A stretch of 64,000 nt of DNA from the human T2T-CHM13v2.0 reference genome, Homo sapiens. Of this stretch, positions 28,930 through 44,551 are shown piece after piece. Where the stretch lies: NCBI RefSeq assembly GCF_009914755.1, contig NC_060926.1; one strand, 5' to 3'. How positions within the stretch are numbered: position 1 is the first letter of the stretch; every line of letters starts with the position of its first letter. The notes beneath the pieces were generated by a model. The model ran no database searches, had not been told where the DNA came from, and worked only from the letters and a program-made list of their open reading frames with translations. The position numbers and the translations under genes were made by a program.

Positions 28930-29792
28930 TTCAGAGCCGAATTTGTGGACTACCTGCAAGTATGTAGGTTTGAATGGCAGGCAGGCAGTTTTAGTTCTCT
29001 ATGTCCTTACCCATGTTTTTATTAATTTGCTTATGCTCTCTTATACTTTACATACGCTTTTAAGCTACCTTGAAGTTTTTACACATCAAAATAGAAAATA
29101 AAGACAAACAGATTAATGAATTCTTAGAATTGTGTATTTTCTCAAATGATCCAGTATAATGGTTTTATCTTAACAAAATCATTTTTCTTTCGTAGACTGA
29201 CAAATGAAAATATTTTTATTTTTTAAGTATCTTAATTCATACTATTAAAATAGGGAAATCACTGAATTATAATTATTTTAATAAATGAAATAGCTTAGCT
29301 ATACTGAAATAAAACCTACCATTTTCTGAACCAATATAAGCATAAAAGATTCTTCTTCCAGAACCCTAAAAAGTTGAATAATCCAGTAGCAGAATTAACA
29401 GGTTTATGTAAAAATTCATTTGTATTTATTTTAGTTCCTCTACAAAATACTGTACTTTTCTGCATATGGTTTAAGAATGTTTCTGTTCTGCTTAGCAGAG
29501 CAGCAATATTAACTACCTTCATTAAGATTATTTGTTGGCTAGAATGTGTACATCTGTTACTAATGTTCTTTCCCAAAACATTTCTCAGTGGCTGCTTGCC
29601 AATACATTTTTAGGTTGATATTTTAAAGTATTAATTTATGTAGTAACTCATATTCAAAGCAAGCTGTTGAAATAAAATTTCATCATGTTATAATGCCTAA
29701 TAGTTATCAAATACCTGACAACAAATGTATAATCTATTCCCCATTTAATGTTCTTGTGTGCTATCATACACTGTCAAGAAAAGCTTTATTTT

Positions 29793-29952
29793 ATTATTAT
29801 TATTATTTTTTAATTACACTTTAAGTTTTAGGGTACATGTGCACAACGTGCAGGTTAGTTACATATGTATACATGTGCCATGCTGGTGTGCTGCACCCAT
29901 TAACTCGTCATTTAACATTAGGTATATCTCCTAATGCTATCCCTCCCCCCTC
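29793..29952 (-). mobile_element. Heavily 5'-truncated L1PA (PA3/PA4-like) 3' end
   Basis: Near-consensus L1 3' UTR end with non-Ta GAG diagnostic; perfect 16-bp TSD agaaaagctttatttt at 29777-29792 and 29953-29968. Confidence 0.93.
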
Positions 29953-31184
29953 AGAAAAGCTTTATTTTCTTATATGCTTAAGCTTATATACAATTATCTT
30001 ACTCTGTCTTGTAAGCAAGAATTTCTTGTTACAAAACCCTCAACCCTAATGTTTTATTTAGATCACTTGATAATTCAATTCCACAAATACTTCTACTATA
30101 TAAAAAGTACAATACCAAGAACTGCTAATTACATGAAAAAAGTATATAAGATTATAGTTAGACTACTTATATCCTATCCTGGCTCAATGACTAATAATCT
30201 AAGACATTTACATTCTATTTTAGTTTTCACTCTACTGTGAAAAGTTTCTACTGTACAGCATTGCTGAGAAGGTATGAGACAAAAAGATAAAATCATCTTT
30301 AAAAAGCATAAAAGCATTATATAACTATAAGCAAATAATTATTCCAGTATGCTGTTAAAAACTTGTTTCATTAAGAGATGTTTTGAGAATACTATAGAAG
30401 TGTGCTGGGTTAGTATCCAAATACGGGTGGGTCCCTATCATAATTTTAGTAGCTTTTATTACGTCCTACCTATTTCAGGGTGATTATTCTCGGGAATGAC
30501 AGTTTTTGTATAATTCTCCAAACTACATACTTAAAAACAAAAAAAACCCAAAACTCTTGCAGTATGCTTATATGTGTGTGTAATAAATGTTTAATGAAAA
30601 GAGGAAAGCGTTATTTTTATTTTGTTTAGTGTCTGGCTCTGGAATCAAAAAGACATAAAACCTCAAGTATCAGCTTTGCTGCCTACTAGCTATTCTGTAT
30701 TGGGAAGTGATAAGCATACAGGTGAAGAAGCCATCCTCAGAGATCCACATTCTAGTTTTTCTGTTTACTAGCTACATGATCTTAAGCAAGTTACCTAATC
30801 TATGTCTATAAAATGAAATATGACTCCTATTATTACTAACTCCTATTACTAGTACTCCTATTACTATTAGTAGTTAATAGTAATAGTAACTCCTATTACT
30901 ACTAGTATATTAACAAAAGCATAATTCACATACAATTGCTTTGAAGACTGAGCATGTAAAGGTTTACTGTTCTACTATAGTGCCTGGCACCTAACACACA
31001 CTGCAGATAGTAGTAATAGTAGTTTACACACACATTTATATTTTGTTTATATTTCTCTTTCCTTTATATAACAATTATGAGAATAATTTCTTTGGCTAAT
31101 GCTTCTGAAATATAAATATTTTAAGCCTATATATAATAACAAAAACAGACATAAATTTTAATTAGGGAAAACACCTAATCCTAC

Positions 31185-31377
31185 CTTTACACTGCATTCC
31201 TTGGCGAAAGAGGCCTTTCAGTAACCGCTTGCAGTACTGACATATCGTGGGACGGGTGTAAGAGTGAACAGCAAATGTGTGTGGAACTTTCACTCTGCAC
31301 ATTACCATCTTTTCCATCCAGATTGGGCGACCACTCCAAGAAGGAATTCTCTTACTTGGTTCCTGGTGGACATGTGA
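31185..31377 (-). CDS. PRKD3: PRKD3 coding exon 5 ([18 protein letters not shown]...QGMQCK; C1b)
   Basis: TAG|TCACAT acceptor, AAG|GTAGGA donor, 193 nt. Confidence 0.97.
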
Positions 31378-31901
31378 CTATAACATAAGTAATTTTCATA
31401 AGTGTAAGTCAATATTAAAAACAGAGTAGTGGGAGCAGAGCTTAACCACAAGAATCATTTATTTCAAACACTAAAGCCAAAAAACTCTAAAAATGTTGTT
31501 CTCAGCAGTTTCCTTTGCAATGTTTAATTTACCAATCTTTGAATGAGAAAAATGCAGATTCTTTTTGCTAATATTTATGCTTAAAAACATCTAAGATATG
31601 TTAATTCTCAGGTATATATTCACTGATTATTATTTGCCAGGCACATTTCAGCACTTTACAAATCAAATACACAAACTTTAAAACAAATAAATGAAGAAAG
31701 TATTATTGCTGCTCATTTTGCATTACTGAATGTGACATCTGAATATATTTTGAAACACATTTTAGATTTTCAAATTTATCTTAATACTAAAATATATACA
31801 TACATTTTAAGTCTAATTAATAATGATAAACAATGGCAGATACAAAACTAATTAAAACAAGTTTCAGTAATTCAGCTTTAAGAAGAAGTAAACTTTGTTT
31901 A

Positions 31902-32474
<573 letters not shown>

Positions 32475-33785
32475 TTAATGTAGAATTACCCAACTTCTCT
32501 GAATTACAAACATGACTAGTTATAGAAGGCAGCTGAAAGATCTCAGGACATCAGTTCTGGCAGTGAGGATGCAAGCAGGTACAGCAAAATCTGTTCATAT
32601 AGCTAGATGGTAGTTGGGTATTAGGATTTTGTGCTTGAGTATTTGGATTATGTTTTATTCAATTTTGTGTCCCTAGTATATAACAGGGCCTGGCATACAA
32701 TAATCGGTGAATGTGTGTTGAATGAATGAAATGAGCCACATTGAACTGGGTGATCTATAATTTAGTTTGATTATTCCCTTCATATAGAAAGGGTCATAGT
32801 TACCAAAATCTACTTACCCCTCAGGTTACAAAAATTTTTAATTCATGCCTTCTTTAATTTTGCTTTTTGTTCACCTGGTAGAAAAACCCAAACAGTTGGA
32901 AAATAAAGTTCTTCTTTTTGAGACTATGCTTGAACTGACTAAAGTAAACCCTGAAAGCCCTTCCATGCTACAAGTTCTACTTGTTTAAAAATACCCTGAA
33001 CAATCTAACCAATTCAGACATGTAACTGCACTTCTTATACTTCCCTAAGGAGCTTTCATGTTCAAGATAAAATATAAACTAATGAAAAATGTAACACCTT
33101 ATCCACTTGCTCTGTCCTTCTGCTATTTCCTAATCTAGTAATACTCAACTGGGCATAGGTGGCGTAACAGCATCATTTGTGGGGCTCTTGACATACCTCT
33201 ATTCTACTGTCCTCATTCCTAGGTAAGTTCTCTGTGCAGTTCAGTGTATAAGATGCACTAACTTTTTCCTACTAATCTTTTCCAGGCTCTTCTGTAGGTT
33301 TATACCAACCCCTCATTTTCAGTCCTTTATGCCGCAGCACTCTTTTTATCCTTTAAAAATCTCACACTAGGGCTAAGCAGTAAGAGAAGATGGAATTTTT
33401 GTGAAAGGATTTCAAAAGCTTTTACTCTGGTGTCTTAACTTAGCAAAATATTATGATCACAGTACCAAGACAAGGCCTTGATTTTGCCATTAATTTACAG
33501 AAGATCAGAGAAGTTACAGAAAAAACTAAATAATAAGATTACAACCTACAGATGGAAGTCATTTCAAATACTATGAAATGTACAAGGGAGTTATTTCTTT
33601 TTTCCTGGATCTACTGCCTTTGCCCTTGAGAGGTACACTGTATTAGGAAAAAAAATCACTGATTTATTAATAATGAGATCTGGGTTTAATTCCACTATCT
33701 CTTACTAATTTGCTCTCTGACTTCACACAAGTCACTTAGCGGCTCTGTGTCTCAACTGTCTCATCTGTATACAGATCTGCAGATA

Positions 33786-34141
<356 letters not shown>

Positions 34142-34346
34142 CTAAAGCAGTGGTACAAGCCATAATACCATCCCAAGGTGTACAAAATGCAATTCATTAC
34201 TACCGGTAAGTCCTGTCTCCATTACTACATTTTATGTTTCTTAAGTGTAGGAACATTACCATTCTTTAGCATATAAATTATGTTCTAGAGTGATGTCATA
34301 CACCCTGTAGAAACACAGAGAATAACTACTACTAAAATGTCTATTA

Positions 34347-34631
<285 letters not shown>

Positions 34632-34724
34632 CTATCCTAATTAAGAACCCAGACAGCAGGCTAAGTGGAAGCTAATGAATTCAAGAAGAAAAGGAAATGT
34701 GTAAAAAGGATAAGTCAGCTAGGG

Positions 34725-34882
34725 CAGTGGTTCTTGAAGTGTGGTCCCTAAGGCAACCACCTGGAAATTTGTTAGAAATGTAAATTACAAGGCTCCACCC
34801 CAGATCTACTGAGTTAGAAACTACGGGGATGAGGCCCAGCAAAGTGTGTTTTACGATGCACAATACAGTTTGAGAACCACTG
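34725..34882. mobile_element. MER5A hAT-Charlie MITE
   Basis: Perfect TIR cagtggttct / agaaccactg. Confidence 0.82.
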
Positions 34883-34892
34883 CCTTAAAGCA

Positions 34893-35136
34893 CTAGTTAG
34901 CAAACTATGGCCTCTGTACCAAATTCCTCCTGTGACATGAAAATTTTATGAAACTCAAATTTCAATGTCCCTAAATAAAGTTTTATTGGAACACAACCAT
35001 ATCTATTCGTTTACATATTGTCTATGATTGGTTTCATACTGTAATAGCAGAGTTAAATCATGACAGAGACCATATGGCCAACAAAGTCTAAAACATTTAC
35101 TCTCTGTCCCTTTACAGAAAAAGTTGATCGACCCTC
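34893..35136. mobile_element. MER58-like hAT-Charlie MITE
   Basis: tagcaaactatggcc, aaataaagttttattggaacac, gagaccatatggcc, ccctttacagaaaaagtt. Confidence 0.75.
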
Positions 35137-35241
35137 CACCTTAGAAGACTGTTTCTTCATCAGAAATGTGCACCTGTGTCCTACTCCTAGCAATTCTAAT
35201 TCAGAACAAATTTGACAATTTAGTTGTATGTAAGAGACAAC

Positions 35242-35597
<356 letters not shown>

Positions 35598-35873
35598 TAA
35601 ATATTTAACCCTATTACCTGATTTAACCGTTTACTCTTTATGAAACCAGTGGGGCAGAATGTATTTTACGAGAAATTAATCTTAAGAGGTTTAGTAATTT
35701 GCCCAAGAATATGAAGTAGGTGGCAGAGATAAAATGAGAGTCCTGATCTCTCCAATTCTAAATCCTCGTTACCACCCTAGTCAACAGCTCGTCATCTTGC
35801 TTTTTCACTGATAATAAAAAATGCAAATGTGGAATCTTATTTCAAATGACCACAAAAATTTTAGAACACACAC

Positions 35874-36005
35874 CTTCACATTTCAGTCCTTGACGTACCA
35901 ATCCCCACAGCATCTCACCACAGTAATCACAGAAAGTAGGAGCTTTGTAAGAATGTACATAGAGAGTATGTGGACGAATCTGGAAGTCTTCTACTGTGGC
36001 TAAAG
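35874..36005 (-). CDS. PRKD3: PRKD3 coding exon 3 ([29 protein letters not shown]...KCE; C1a)
   Basis: AAG|CTTTAG acceptor, AAG|GTGTGT donor, 132 nt; C1 His/Cys pattern. Confidence 0.97.
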
Positions 36006-37325
36006 CTTTAAAAAAGAAAAGTATTACAATACACGTTGTATTTGTACTGCGATGAGATTAAGAATGCTCACACATTCACTTATGTCAAAGTACACAGAAT
36101 CATTTTTTCTCTGAAAGTTGCACTGGACCATAAAAGTAAATTATTTAATATTGTGATTTCAAACTCTAGTTTAGCAAGTCCATTTACTTCTCATCATTTG
36201 AGCTCCAGAAGTAGGTCATAGGTTAGTTATTTGGAACTCCAACAGCATTTTCTCATAATGACAAGATTACAAACAGACATTAGGTTACTTTAACCAATTA
36301 AAAACTGCTAAACTTACACAGTGGGAAATAGAACACTAAAGTAAAAACTACTATGGAACTTAACTTCAATTTATGGAAACGTTTCTGTGGAAAAAGATAC
36401 TGAGTCCTAATTTAGGATCCCAGGATATACTTGTCTGTTTGTTCTCCACAGTCCTAGTGGATATGAGAAAGAAACTCCTTTCCCCTTAGTGAACGTCGGG
36501 ACAGTAGACCCAAGGAACTTCCTCTCACCTCAACCTGCAAGTAGTCTGATGGAGTCCAGAGTAGAGAAGGAAGAGATGTGAGCAGGACTTCCAGGTGAGA
36601 CAGGGAGTGAAACTCCTCAGGAATGAAGAGGAGGGCAAGGATTGGGAAATATAGAGATGGTTTGGGGTTGTTGTATAGAAGATGAATGATCAGTGTAGCA
36701 GGGAGTGAGATGAATGAGAGAATCAGAAATATAAGATGAGAGGAGTGGGGACTAATAAGGACAGAGAGGATCTCAAGAAAAGGCTCAAAGGTGAATTTGA
36801 GAAAAGGGAACTTGGTAGCAGGGCTCTGACCCATGGCTGGCCAGCTTGCTTCCTTTCTTCCATCAGTTCTCCTACTTGCCAAACAAAAAGTACTGCAGAC
36901 CTACTATGTGCATTATTATGGCATTCTTTCTTCCTTTTCACTCCTTATTATCTTGCCCACATTGCTGCAGGATGAGATGGCAAATAGTGGGAATTAAAAA
37001 ACAACGTATGGCAAGAATGCGTGAGGTGGAAAAAGTGAAAGGTAGAAAAAAGCCCAGTGGGACAAAAAGGGAAAGAGCATTTTTAATTTTAAAGCCACAG
37101 AAATAACCAGCATTGTAATTTCCTCTTCCATATCTTCATTACTTCTTTTTTTCCTGATTCTCTTTTCTAAACCCCAATTTTCTTCTTTTATGCTCTTTAC
37201 AGAAATGGGGGTGGGGGAAGGGGAAAAAACAGAATTTCAGTGTAACTGTTTTATTTCTTTGACTCAGAGAAGAGTATATTTCTTTCAGACCAAATAATTT
37301 CCTAAGCTTAGTAACATTCAAGTAA

Positions 37326-37651
<326 letters not shown>

Positions 37652-37950
37652 TTTCTTTTGCTTTTTTAAAGAGACGAGTCTCGCTCTGTTGTCCAGGCGG
37701 AAGTGCAGTAGTGTGATCATGGCCCACTGCAGCCTCAACCTCCCAGGATCAGGCAATCCTCCCACCTTATCCTCCCAAGTAGCTAAGACTACAGTTGCAT
37801 GTGACCATGCCTGGCTAATTTTTTTTTTTTAGATTTTTAGTAGAGACGAGGTATGCTGCTCAGGCTGGTCTCAAACTCCTGAGATAAGCAATCCTCCCGC
37901 CTCAGCTTCCCAAAGTGCTGGGCTTACAGGTGTGAGCCACCTTTGCCAGG
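37652..37950 (-). mobile_element. AluJ-like, tandem with the preceding AluY
   Basis: gcagcctcaacctccc, agcaatcctccc J-type motifs. Confidence 0.88.
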
Positions 37951-38138
37951 TATTTTTCTTTCTTAATGGTGATATAACATGCCTGAAAGGAAAAATCATA
38001 TGGTGACCATTATTAGAGATGAAAGAAATTAAGTAACAATAATACAAAGACTAAATATAATCGAATTGCAGCATTTAGTACAGAAAATTAGGCTCTTTGA
38101 GGGGAAAAGGCAATCACTCTAAAAAGCCACTTACTTAC

Positions 38139-38277
38139 CTGAAAGAACCACTTCCACTAGGTCTCCTTCATGTATTTCATCTGCTGAGGTAATCAGCTGC
38201 AAAATGTTTTCTGAGTTCATGTCATGGCGAAAGAGAAGAATTTTGTCATACATGCCAAAGAATCCACACTCTGGAAA
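38139..38277 (-). CDS. PRKD3: PRKD3 coding exon 2 ([19 protein letters not shown]...EVVLS; ubiquitin-like domain)
   Basis: CAG|TTTCCA acceptor, CAG|GTAAGT donor, 139 nt, frame continuous. Confidence 0.97.
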
Positions 38278-39112
38278 CTGAGGGATAATAGTCCTATATC
38301 AGTATGACCACAGTTTTCTATTTTTATAAGTAAACGTTTCAATTTTATCAAAGAATTTAAAACATAGTGTTTTTAACCTAACACTATTTGCTAACAATTC
38401 TATTGATACCTAAAAGGTGATCCACGTACTCAAGCATCCTGGTTAATTTTAAAGTTCAAGAAAAATAGAAAAGTAAACTTACAAATAAATAATCATTGAT
38501 GATTTTAAAATACATGTCTCTTACAAATACAGGATTTCTATATTCAGTTACTGATGGAGAATATAATCTTAAACTTACTGCTACTCCACTCTTAGCCTGA
38601 AAGATAAGCAGTCGTTCCAGCGCCTTAGGACATGCTGCTCTAAATATTTCAAAATTCTTCAGTAGATCTCAGAATTATAAATGCTCACTGACTTATTTGG
38701 GCTCCTCATAGAATATCCTTTAATAAATGACACCATGTCACCTGCCTGCATCAAATGGTCTAATATGAATCAGTTTCACTAAACTAAATGCATTTGTCAC
38801 AGAGACGCTGCTGCTGATATCGTTTACCTATTTCATACTGTAGCCCTTCTTTGTGAAGACCCACCCACAAAATAACTTTATCTAGTTGATTTTATAACAT
38901 GAACAATTTGCTCACGTAAGTTAACATGTTTTCCTGTTTGCTTTGCCAAATGGAAAAAGCACAGCCAAATTTGTAGCCCAATTTTACCATCAGTCTTGGA
39001 TCTTATGGGATGTGTTTTAGGTGCAAACACTAACCTAGTTTCATCTCATTTTCTGACCTTAATTTTCTCATTAGAAAAGTCCTGTATATATTTCTAAAGA
39101 GTTCTCAAAACC

Positions 39113-39401
39113 TTTTTTTGAGATAGGGTCTTGTTCTGTTGCCTAGGATGAGTACAGTGGTGTGATCACAGTTCAACACTGCAGCCTCAAACTCCCAGGC
39201 TCGTGATCCTCCCACCTCAGCCTCCCCAGTAGCTGGGACCACAGGTGCATGTCACCACTCCCAGCTAATTTTTTATGTTCTGTAGAGACAGGGGTCTCGC
39301 TGTGTGGCCCAGGCTGGTGTTGAACTTCTAGACTCAAGTGATTCCCCCACGTCAGCCTCCCAAAGTGCTGGGATTAGAGGCATGAGCCACCACAACTGGC
39401 C
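39113..39401 (-). mobile_element. AluJ-like
   Basis: Antisense dimer with J-type motifs. Confidence 0.9.
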
Positions 39402-39797
39402 TCTCAAATCTTTTTTTAAAGTTAAATTAAAAAAAAATTAAAAACAATGATTAATTAGAAAGTTACAAGTTTATAGTTTTTGTAACCAGGGTAAATAATG
39501 GGAAAGTACAGAAATATTTAGAATTTTTGTAATACTAATTCTCCTTTTGAGTCACCAACAGTATTTGTAAAACCTCATAGTATGTTTAACATATATCTAA
39601 GAGTGTAAGAATTCTCAATTAAAAAGATACAAGTAAAAATACAGAACCAAAAAATTAAATCTTCATTTAAATTTTAAAATTAAAATTTTACTAAATTTTA
39701 TGAAATTATTCACTTGGAGAATAAAATATCTTCATAACCTAGTTACAAAAATTTGTAAGGACAAAGGACTCCACATTCCATCCTCATTAAAACTCTA

Positions 39798-40100
<303 letters not shown>

Positions 40101-40953
40101 TCACTCACTCTACTATTTGTATAAATAAAACTGATTTCAAAAAGGCATACTTCTTGCATGTCCGGTAAGTGCAAGATACTGGCCCCACAGTTTGTAAAGA
40201 CAGAATAGTCCTTATCTTCCAGGAACTTACAATCTAGTAGGAAGACAGAAATAAACACAAATATATATAGTATAAGGCAAATAACAAAATTAAAATAAAA
40301 AATTATAGAAGGAGGAGGAATAAAAAATGTTAACTGGGACAGTGGAGTAGAGGGATTCAGTATGATACTTGAGCAGAACTAAAAAAGAGAAGCAGAGTTT
40401 CCATAGGTTGAAAGTGTAAGCATCATCAATGAGAAGTTACAAGGTAAATGGAAGACGGTAAGTGGAGCCTTGAGACTAAAGAATGAGATGGGGGAAAGCT
40501 GGGTAGAGAGAGGGCAGAAAAGCACAGGGAACCCCACTGGCACCATACTAACAAAGAAACCTGTTATTATGTTCAAACTTTGCCACCTACTAACTATAGC
40601 ACCTTAGAAAAGTTGCTTAACTTCTCTAAATCAGTTTCTTGTTTATAAAATGGAGGACAATAGGAGTTATAGGCTGGCTTTATAGAGTTCTTATCAAAAT
40701 TAAATTACTTGATGGCTGTAAAAGTCTCAGCACTGTGATCCATAAATACCAGTGATTTATATCACTAATGTATACCTAAAAGGGAGACGAGACATAAGGT
40801 TTCAGAGCAAGGCAGGAACATGATTAAATCTGTATTTTAAAAAGATAATGCTGACAGCATTGTGTAGAGGAACAGGAACAGAAAGAGACCAGAGAGCAAG
40901 ATGCTGAAGAAAGGGTGACCCTATCAGTCAGAAAAGTATCAGAGTCTGAATTA

Positions 40954-41140
40954 TATAGCAAGTAAATGGAAAAAGACAAGGAAATTTCTCTCCAGAAACT
41001 ACAGCAAGTAAATGGAAAGAGACAAGGAACTTTCTCTCCAGAAACTACAGCAAGTAAATGGAAAGAGACAAGGAACTTTCTCTCCAGAAACTATAGCAAG
41101 TAAATGGAAAGAGACAAGGAAATTTCTCTCCAGAAACTAT
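40954..41140. repeat. Minisatellite, 4 x 46 bp
   Basis: Unit ta(t/c)agcaagtaaatggaaa(a/g)agacaaggaa(a/c)tttctctccagaaac starting at 40954, 41000, 41046, 41092. Confidence 0.97.
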
Positions 41141-41621
41141 CATCAATAAATCATATGGCTCATCAATACTGTTTTGACCAAACCAGAAGTTCTGAATAAT
41201 GGTAACTGAAGACCTAAATAATAAACACACCAAGAGAAGGAAAACAACATCAAAATAATTAATGTATGACTTGGAAAAAATAAATATAACCTTCTTAATA
41301 AACACATGGCCTAATGAAAAATAATATCAACATGAAGTTGGTATTAAGAGACTTAAAAGCTTGTAAAGAAATTACAGTGAGATATTACAAAACATTAAAA
41401 ATAGACATATGTATATTAGAGGCTAGAAAGCTGTTGGTAATGATAAAGAATAAAGTCATTTCAGCATGTTTTCATACTATACTCATCTATACGACAGACA
41501 AATTAGAGTTCATAAAGGAAAAAAAAAATGTAATAGCCAGCCTGTGAAAAAGATTTCTGCTATTCGTGATTATGATTTATAGGTATGTTTGGTAGGGTAT
41601 TTAGAAATTACGTAAGAGTCA

Positions 41622-41946
<325 letters not shown>

Positions 41947-42339
41947 CTAAAAACATGAGAATTCTTGAGACGTGTATATTAAAGATATACACCTAAAAAG
42001 AAATACACCCCTCATTCATAATGAGCACACATTCATTATGAAGAATTATACAGAACAAACAAAAACCAAACTGTTAATGAATTCAATATACAAGGATTTA
42101 CTGTTCCTGATTTTGAAAAATTCAGAAAATAGGTTTTCACGCAGGAGTGGATCTCTAAACAATGTCTTAATTCTGGCCACACATCAGAACCACCTGTAGA
42201 GCTTAAAACAAAGGATGCTTAGGCTATCATTTCAGGTTTATGGTTAAGCTCCTGAGGAATAGGCGGCGAACACCTGAATTTTAAATTTACTTTTAAAATA
42301 TTATTCAATGTATGTATTGTATATACTCTTTAAAAATAA

Positions 42340-43130
42340 TCTATTTTTAAAAATAGTTTAAAATTTATAGAAAATGTAGACAATAAATAGTACAGAGTTC
42401 CTGTATACTACCCCATACCCAGTTTCCCCTATTATTAACATTGTACATTAGTTACATGCTATATTTATTACAATTAATAACCCAATATCCATACATTATC
42501 ATTAACTAAGGCTCATACTTTATTCAGATTTCCTTATTTTTACCTAATACCCTTTTTCTGTTTAAGAATCCCATCCATACCACATCACCTTTAACTGTTA
42601 TGTCCCCATAGGCCCCTTTTGGGCTGGGTTAGTTTCTCAGACTTTGCTGGATTTTAACAATCTTGGCTGTTTTGAGAAGTTCTGGTCAGGTATATTGCAG
42701 GAGGCCTTTCTACTGGAATTTGTCTGATGTTCTTTTCATTATTACTGGGGTAATGGGTTTTGGGGAGGCAGACCACAGAGGTAAAGTGCCATTCTCATTG
42801 CACTCTACCAAGGGCACCTACTGTCAACATGACATCACCACTGATGTTGGTTGAGGTAGTGTTTGTCAGGTTTCTCCACTGCAAAACTACTCTCCCCCCA
42901 CCCTTTTCTATACATACTCTTTGGAAGTAAGTCATTATGAGCAGAGCACTTAAGAAGTGGAAAGGTTTGTTTGTTTCCTTTCCTTGAAGGTGGAGTATCT
43001 ACATAAATTATTTGAAAATCTTCCAAATGGGAGATTTATCTATTTTCCCCCACTTATTTATTCACAACATTTATATATATCAATATAGACTCATGGATAT
43101 TTACTTTATACTTTCAGATATAATATGTAC
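42340..43130 (-). mobile_element. L1MC-like 3' end
   Basis: agtacagagttcc, cagtttcccctattattaacat, tagtttctcagactt, tatagactcatggatatt motifs. Confidence 0.72.
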
Positions 43131-43587
43131 TCTTTTAAAATATAATTTTATTTATTTTTGAATAGGCAATTATTCAAAGTTCAAAAGGCAAAAAAGAGTA
43201 GACGGCACACCCATGCCCTAGCTGCCTCATTAACCGTCCTGTAGTCAACAGTGTTGCCAGTTTTCTCAGAATCCTTCTGAAAATATTTTACATACCAAAT
43301 ACACATGAATGTATCTTTCCTTCATTTTACACAAATGGCAGCACACTATAAACACTGTTCTGCAGCTTGCTCTTTTTTTCACTTAGCAATATAGAGATCA
43401 TTCCATTAACAAAGTTATTTTTTTTTTTTAAAAACAGATGTATAGTTTTCTTTCACCAGTCCCATCTAAGTATATAATCTTAACCAAGTTACTTAACCTC
43501 AGTTTTTCCATCTGTAAAATAGTGCCTACTTGCCTACTTCATAAAATTATCATGAGAATACGTTAATATATATATACAAAGAACTCA

Positions 43588-44515
43588 GTGTCCTTTTCAA
43601 TTTTTTTCATCAATGTTTTATAGTTTTCATTGTAGAGATCTTTCACTTCTTTGGTTAAGCTTATTCCTAGGTATTTTATTTTATTTATAGCTATTGTAAA
43701 TGGGATAATTTTCTTGGTTTCTATTCCAGATTGTTCACTGTTGGCATATAGAAATGCTACTGATTTCTGTATGTTGATTTTGTATCCTACATCTTTACTT
43801 AATTCATTTATCAGTTCTAATGGTTTTTTGGCAGAGTCTTTAGGTTTTTCTAAATAGAAGATCATATCGTCTGCAAAAAAGGATAATCTGACATCTTCCT
43901 TTCCAATTTGGATACCATCTATTTCTTTCTCTTGTCTAATTGCTCTACTTAAGACTTCCAGTATTATGTTGAACAAAAGTTGTGAAAGTGGGCATCCTTG
44001 TCTTGTTTCAGATCTTAGAGGAAAGGTTTTCGTTTTTTCCCATTCAGTATACCAGCTGCATGTCTGTCATATATGGCCCTTACTGTCTTGAGGTATGTTC
44101 CTTCTATACCTAGTTTGTTGACAGTTTTTATCACGAAGTTTTCATTGTGTTGAATTTTACTGAATGTTTTTTTGGCATCTATTGAGATGACCATATGGGT
44201 TTTGGTCTTCACTCTGTTGACGTGACATATTATGTTTAATGATTTGCGTATGCTGAACCATCCTCATATTCTAGAAGAAAACAATGGGGAAACACTCCAG
44301 GACATTAGCCTGGGCAAAGACTCCTTGAGTAAGACCTGAAAAGCACAGGTAGCCAAAATAAAAATGGACAAAGGGGGTCACATCAAGCTAAAAAGTCGGG
44401 CACAGTGACTCACACTGATAATCCTAGCACTCTGGGAGGCCAAGGTAGTGGACTGCCTGAGCTCAGGAGTTCGAGACTAGCCTGGTCAACATGGTGAAAC
44501 CCCACCTCTACTAAA

Positions 44516-44551
<36 letters not shown>

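Noticed and set aside
36454-36882. 142-aa hydrophobic ORF on the minus strand
   Set aside because: Arises from a pyrimidine-rich strand, possibly a decayed LINE; non-ATG start, no recognisable domain or splice sites
40954-41140. Regular repeats resembling a CRISPR array
   Set aside because: Units are contiguous with no unique spacers, no cas genes, human intron; it is a minisatellite
43563-44212. Reverse transcriptase-like ORFs with FADD motif
   Set aside because: Frameshifted L1 ORF2 remnant, not a novel RT system
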